NCBI GenBank assembly: GCA_965263035.1
Contig: OZ253580.1
Coordinates: 6,016,001 to 6,080,000, forward strand
Direction of reading: 5' to 3'
Length of the DNA stretch: 64,000 nucleotides
Source: Acidobacteriota bacterium
Lineage (GTDB): Bacteria > Acidobacteriota > UBA6911 > RPQK01 > JAJDTT01
Numbering within the stretch: the first letter of the stretch is position 1; every line of letters begins with the position of its first letter. Shown piece by piece: positions 62,043 to 64,000 of this stretch. Both the position numbers and the translations under genes were made by a program. The notes under the pieces are model-generated. The model worked only from the letters and a program-made list of their open reading frames with translations, searched no databases and was not told the DNA's origin.

Positions 62043-62840
62043 TCACAACTCTTTCAGCAACTTGCGGATCTGGGACGGAGTGTCCCTGCTCGGCACCGAT
62101 TCGGCGTCTTCGAGATAGCGTTCCAGCAGCTTCCGCGCTCTCGGATACAGGGGGGAGCGTTTCGCTCCGATCCACGCTTTGGCCGCAACCACCCAAAGTT
62201 TGCGGTTGTCGGGATCCCGTGCGAACGCGGTCTCGAAGAGCTCGTCGCTCTCCGCATGCTGGCGGCGCCGGGAGAGGTACGCGGCGTGTTCCGCCAAGTA
62301 ATCGGTGTTGTCCGGGTCAAGTTTGCGGGCCAGCACATACTGAGCGGCCGCATTCGTGAAGTCCTTGTCGTGCTCGAAACAGACGGCCCAGGCGATGGCG
62401 CCTCGTCCCTCGTCGATCTGCTTGATGCGATCGGCTATCTTCGGGGTTTCCGCCTTGTTTCCTCCCACGATGCCGGGAGCCTCAAAGTGGAAGTTCTGCA
62501 GGGCCTCCAAGGCGTCAAGATTCGAACCGTCCAGTTCCACGGCGCGTTCGAAATGCACCTTCACCTTCTTCGCCAGACCCATGGCCCGGAAGCGGCCAAA
62601 TCCCGTCATGCCTTCGGCCCGCCGCCCCATCGCGAGGCCCAGCCAATAATGGTAGGTCGAGCTGCCGGGATCCTTGCTCACAGCTCGTTCCAGCGATTTC
62701 TGCGCACGCTTGTAGTCCTCGATCCCATAAAGGCGGCGCCCTTCCTCCCAGTCCTCCCGTCCCGGCTCGCCGACCGCAAGGGCCGCGATGCAGAACAGCG
62801 CAAGTGCCAAACTCCCTCTAGCCATTATCGTCGCTCCCAT
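62043..62840 (-). CDS. Secreted TPR protein
   Basis: Signal peptide; YHYWLGLA, FERAVELD, ETAFARDP. Confidence 0.8.
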   Translation of the reverse strand: MGATIMARGSLALALFCIAALAVGEPGREDWEEGRRLYGIEDYKRAQKSLERAVSKDPGSSTYHYWLGLAMGRRAEGMTGFGRFRAMGLAKKVKVHFERAVELDGSNLDALEALQNFHFEAPGIVGGNKAETPKIADRIKQIDEGRGAIAWAVCFEHDKDFTNAAAQYVLARKLDPDNTDYLAEHAAYLSRRRQHAESDELFETAFARDPDNRKLWVVAAKAWIGAKRSPLYPRARKLLERYLEDAESVPSRDTPSQIRKLLKEL

Positions 62841-63119
62841 TCACATGAACTTGGATTCTTCGTTTCCCTGCTGCGCGGGGACTCATTCTCCATGACGCAA
62901 GTATCCGTCGGCAACCTTGCAGCTGTCATGATCATGGGTTCTGCCGTTTCTTCCTGCTCCCGACAGGAAAAACACACTGGAATCGGGCTGCCGGGAACAT
63001 GCCGGTGATAGTGGATGTCAGGCCGCCGGGTTCCAAAGGCGGGTTTGCAGAGGGCGTGAAGACCCAAGTTGGCAAGGTGCCGATCTGGGTGGCTACGAAT
63101 TGATGCCTTGGATGAGCTG

Positions 63120-63222
63120 GCCGGCGGCTTGGAAGGGGGACATTCTTGTCCCCCTGAATCCCAAGATTCGGCGACTGCAAATCGCCGCTCCGGTTCGGCG
63201 GCTGGAATGTCGCCGCTCCCGC
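63120..63222. repeat. REP-like palindrome cluster
   Basis: GGGGGACATTCTTGTCCCCC, CGGCGACTGCAAATCGCCGCTCC, CGGCGGCTGGAATGTCGCCGCTCCC. Confidence 0.7.
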
Positions 63223-63309
63223 CGAATCCCGATCCTCGTTTCTCCCAAGAGTTCGCCGCGCGCGGGCCCTTTGGGATGCACTATGGGCCTATCCGAGAGA
63301 TTGGTCGAA

Positions 63310-63891
63310 TCAGTCGGCGATCGTGATGATGGTGGTTTGGCGATCCAATCGCTTGCCCAACCAATGGCCAAGAATACCGCCCCCGACGGGTGCGACCACC
63401 AAGGCGACGATCCTGCCTACAGCCGCAGCACCACTCCATTCTCCCCATCCGCGAATGCCGAAGGCAGCCGGAAGCAAGGATCCGCCGCCGATTCCCAGCA
63501 TGAGTCCCTGCTTCCGTGCGATACCCACCAGTTTCTCCACACGGATTTCCTTCACTGATCCTCTGGCGATGGAAGCCTCGGAACCCCAGGGGTACTGCTT
63601 CGGGTCCGTGGCCATGATGATGCGATGGAGGTGGATGCTGTCGTCCAGCAACGTGACCGAATCGCTCCGGACAGCTCCTCCCTCGGTCAGGACGATGGTG
63701 ACCGTCGAGTCCCTGTCGAGGAGATAGGGGAGTCCCTCCCAGTGCATTTCACGCCGAGTCTCCGACCGGGCCTCCAGCGTCTGGGGAACCAAGAAAAGAG
63801 CGATCAAGCCTTGAACCAACAACATGGGCAACATCCCCGCTGCCGTGGTTTTCGTGAGCCAACCTTCATTCTTTTTGGTGTGATTTCTCAT
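63310..63891 (-). CDS. Secreted small beta-domain/glycine-zipper family protein
   Basis: Paralog of 8660-9115; GLMLGIGGG...GGGILGHWLGKRLD. Confidence 0.8.
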   Translation of the reverse strand: MRNHTKKNEGWLTKTTAAGMLPMLLVQGLIALFLVPQTLEARSETRREMHWEGLPYLLDRDSTVTIVLTEGGAVRSDSVTLLDDSIHLHRIIMATDPKQYPWGSEASIARGSVKEIRVEKLVGIARKQGLMLGIGGGSLLPAAFGIRGWGEWSGAAAVGRIVALVVAPVGGGILGHWLGKRLDRQTTIITIAD

Positions 63892-63934
63892 GGCGTCCTC
63901 CTCCTCATGGTTCGAAACCTCCGGACATTAGTAG

Positions 63935-63963
63935 ATGTGAATTTTTCTCCGGAGGAGGCTCAC
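63935..63963 (-). promoter_or_regulatory. Conserved promoter-like motif, copy H
   Basis: GTGAGC-N17-TCACAT on the minus strand, 43 nt before ATG 63891. Confidence 0.7.
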
Positions 63964-64000
63964 CGAGTGAATTCGGACGGAGTGAGTCCGGAGGGTTTCG

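Noticed and set aside
1-64000. tRNA/rRNA genes, DGR or retron, and the many long antisense ORFs
   Set aside because: No tRNA/rRNA signatures or reverse transcriptase seen; antisense ORFs are expected in GC-rich DNA

Overview
GC-rich bacterial window. Inferred to be from an Acidobacteria/PVC-like organism, possibly a host (sponge-type) symbiont, given the LRR, ankyrin, TPR and MORN proteins and many pseudogenes. The left ~24 kb is an accessory region: IS remnants, a broken XerC/D-like tyrosine recombinase, secreted proteins, a truncated MmeI-like methyltransferase and putA. The middle holds a CocE/NonD hydrolase split by IS1380 and IS1595 inserted at the same site. The right half is mostly metabolic and transport genes interspersed with REP-like palindrome clusters. 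Main discoveries: (1) A ~130-bp module of a dif-like 11-6-11 inverted repeat plus a GTGAGC-N17-TCACAT promoter-like motif. It sits right beside the recombinase start and recurs about 8 times (whole or in part), mostly heading paralogous secreted small beta-domain/glycine-zipper genes, suggesting an integron- or dif-module-like cassette system. (2) A second pair of 6-bp-spacer palindromic sites in direct repeat. (3) A complete IS110 whose bridge-RNA guides can be read directly and match its REP target and its own donor junction. (4) An RT-less group IIC intron inserted in the same REP motif. All calls come from reading the sequence; no searches were run.
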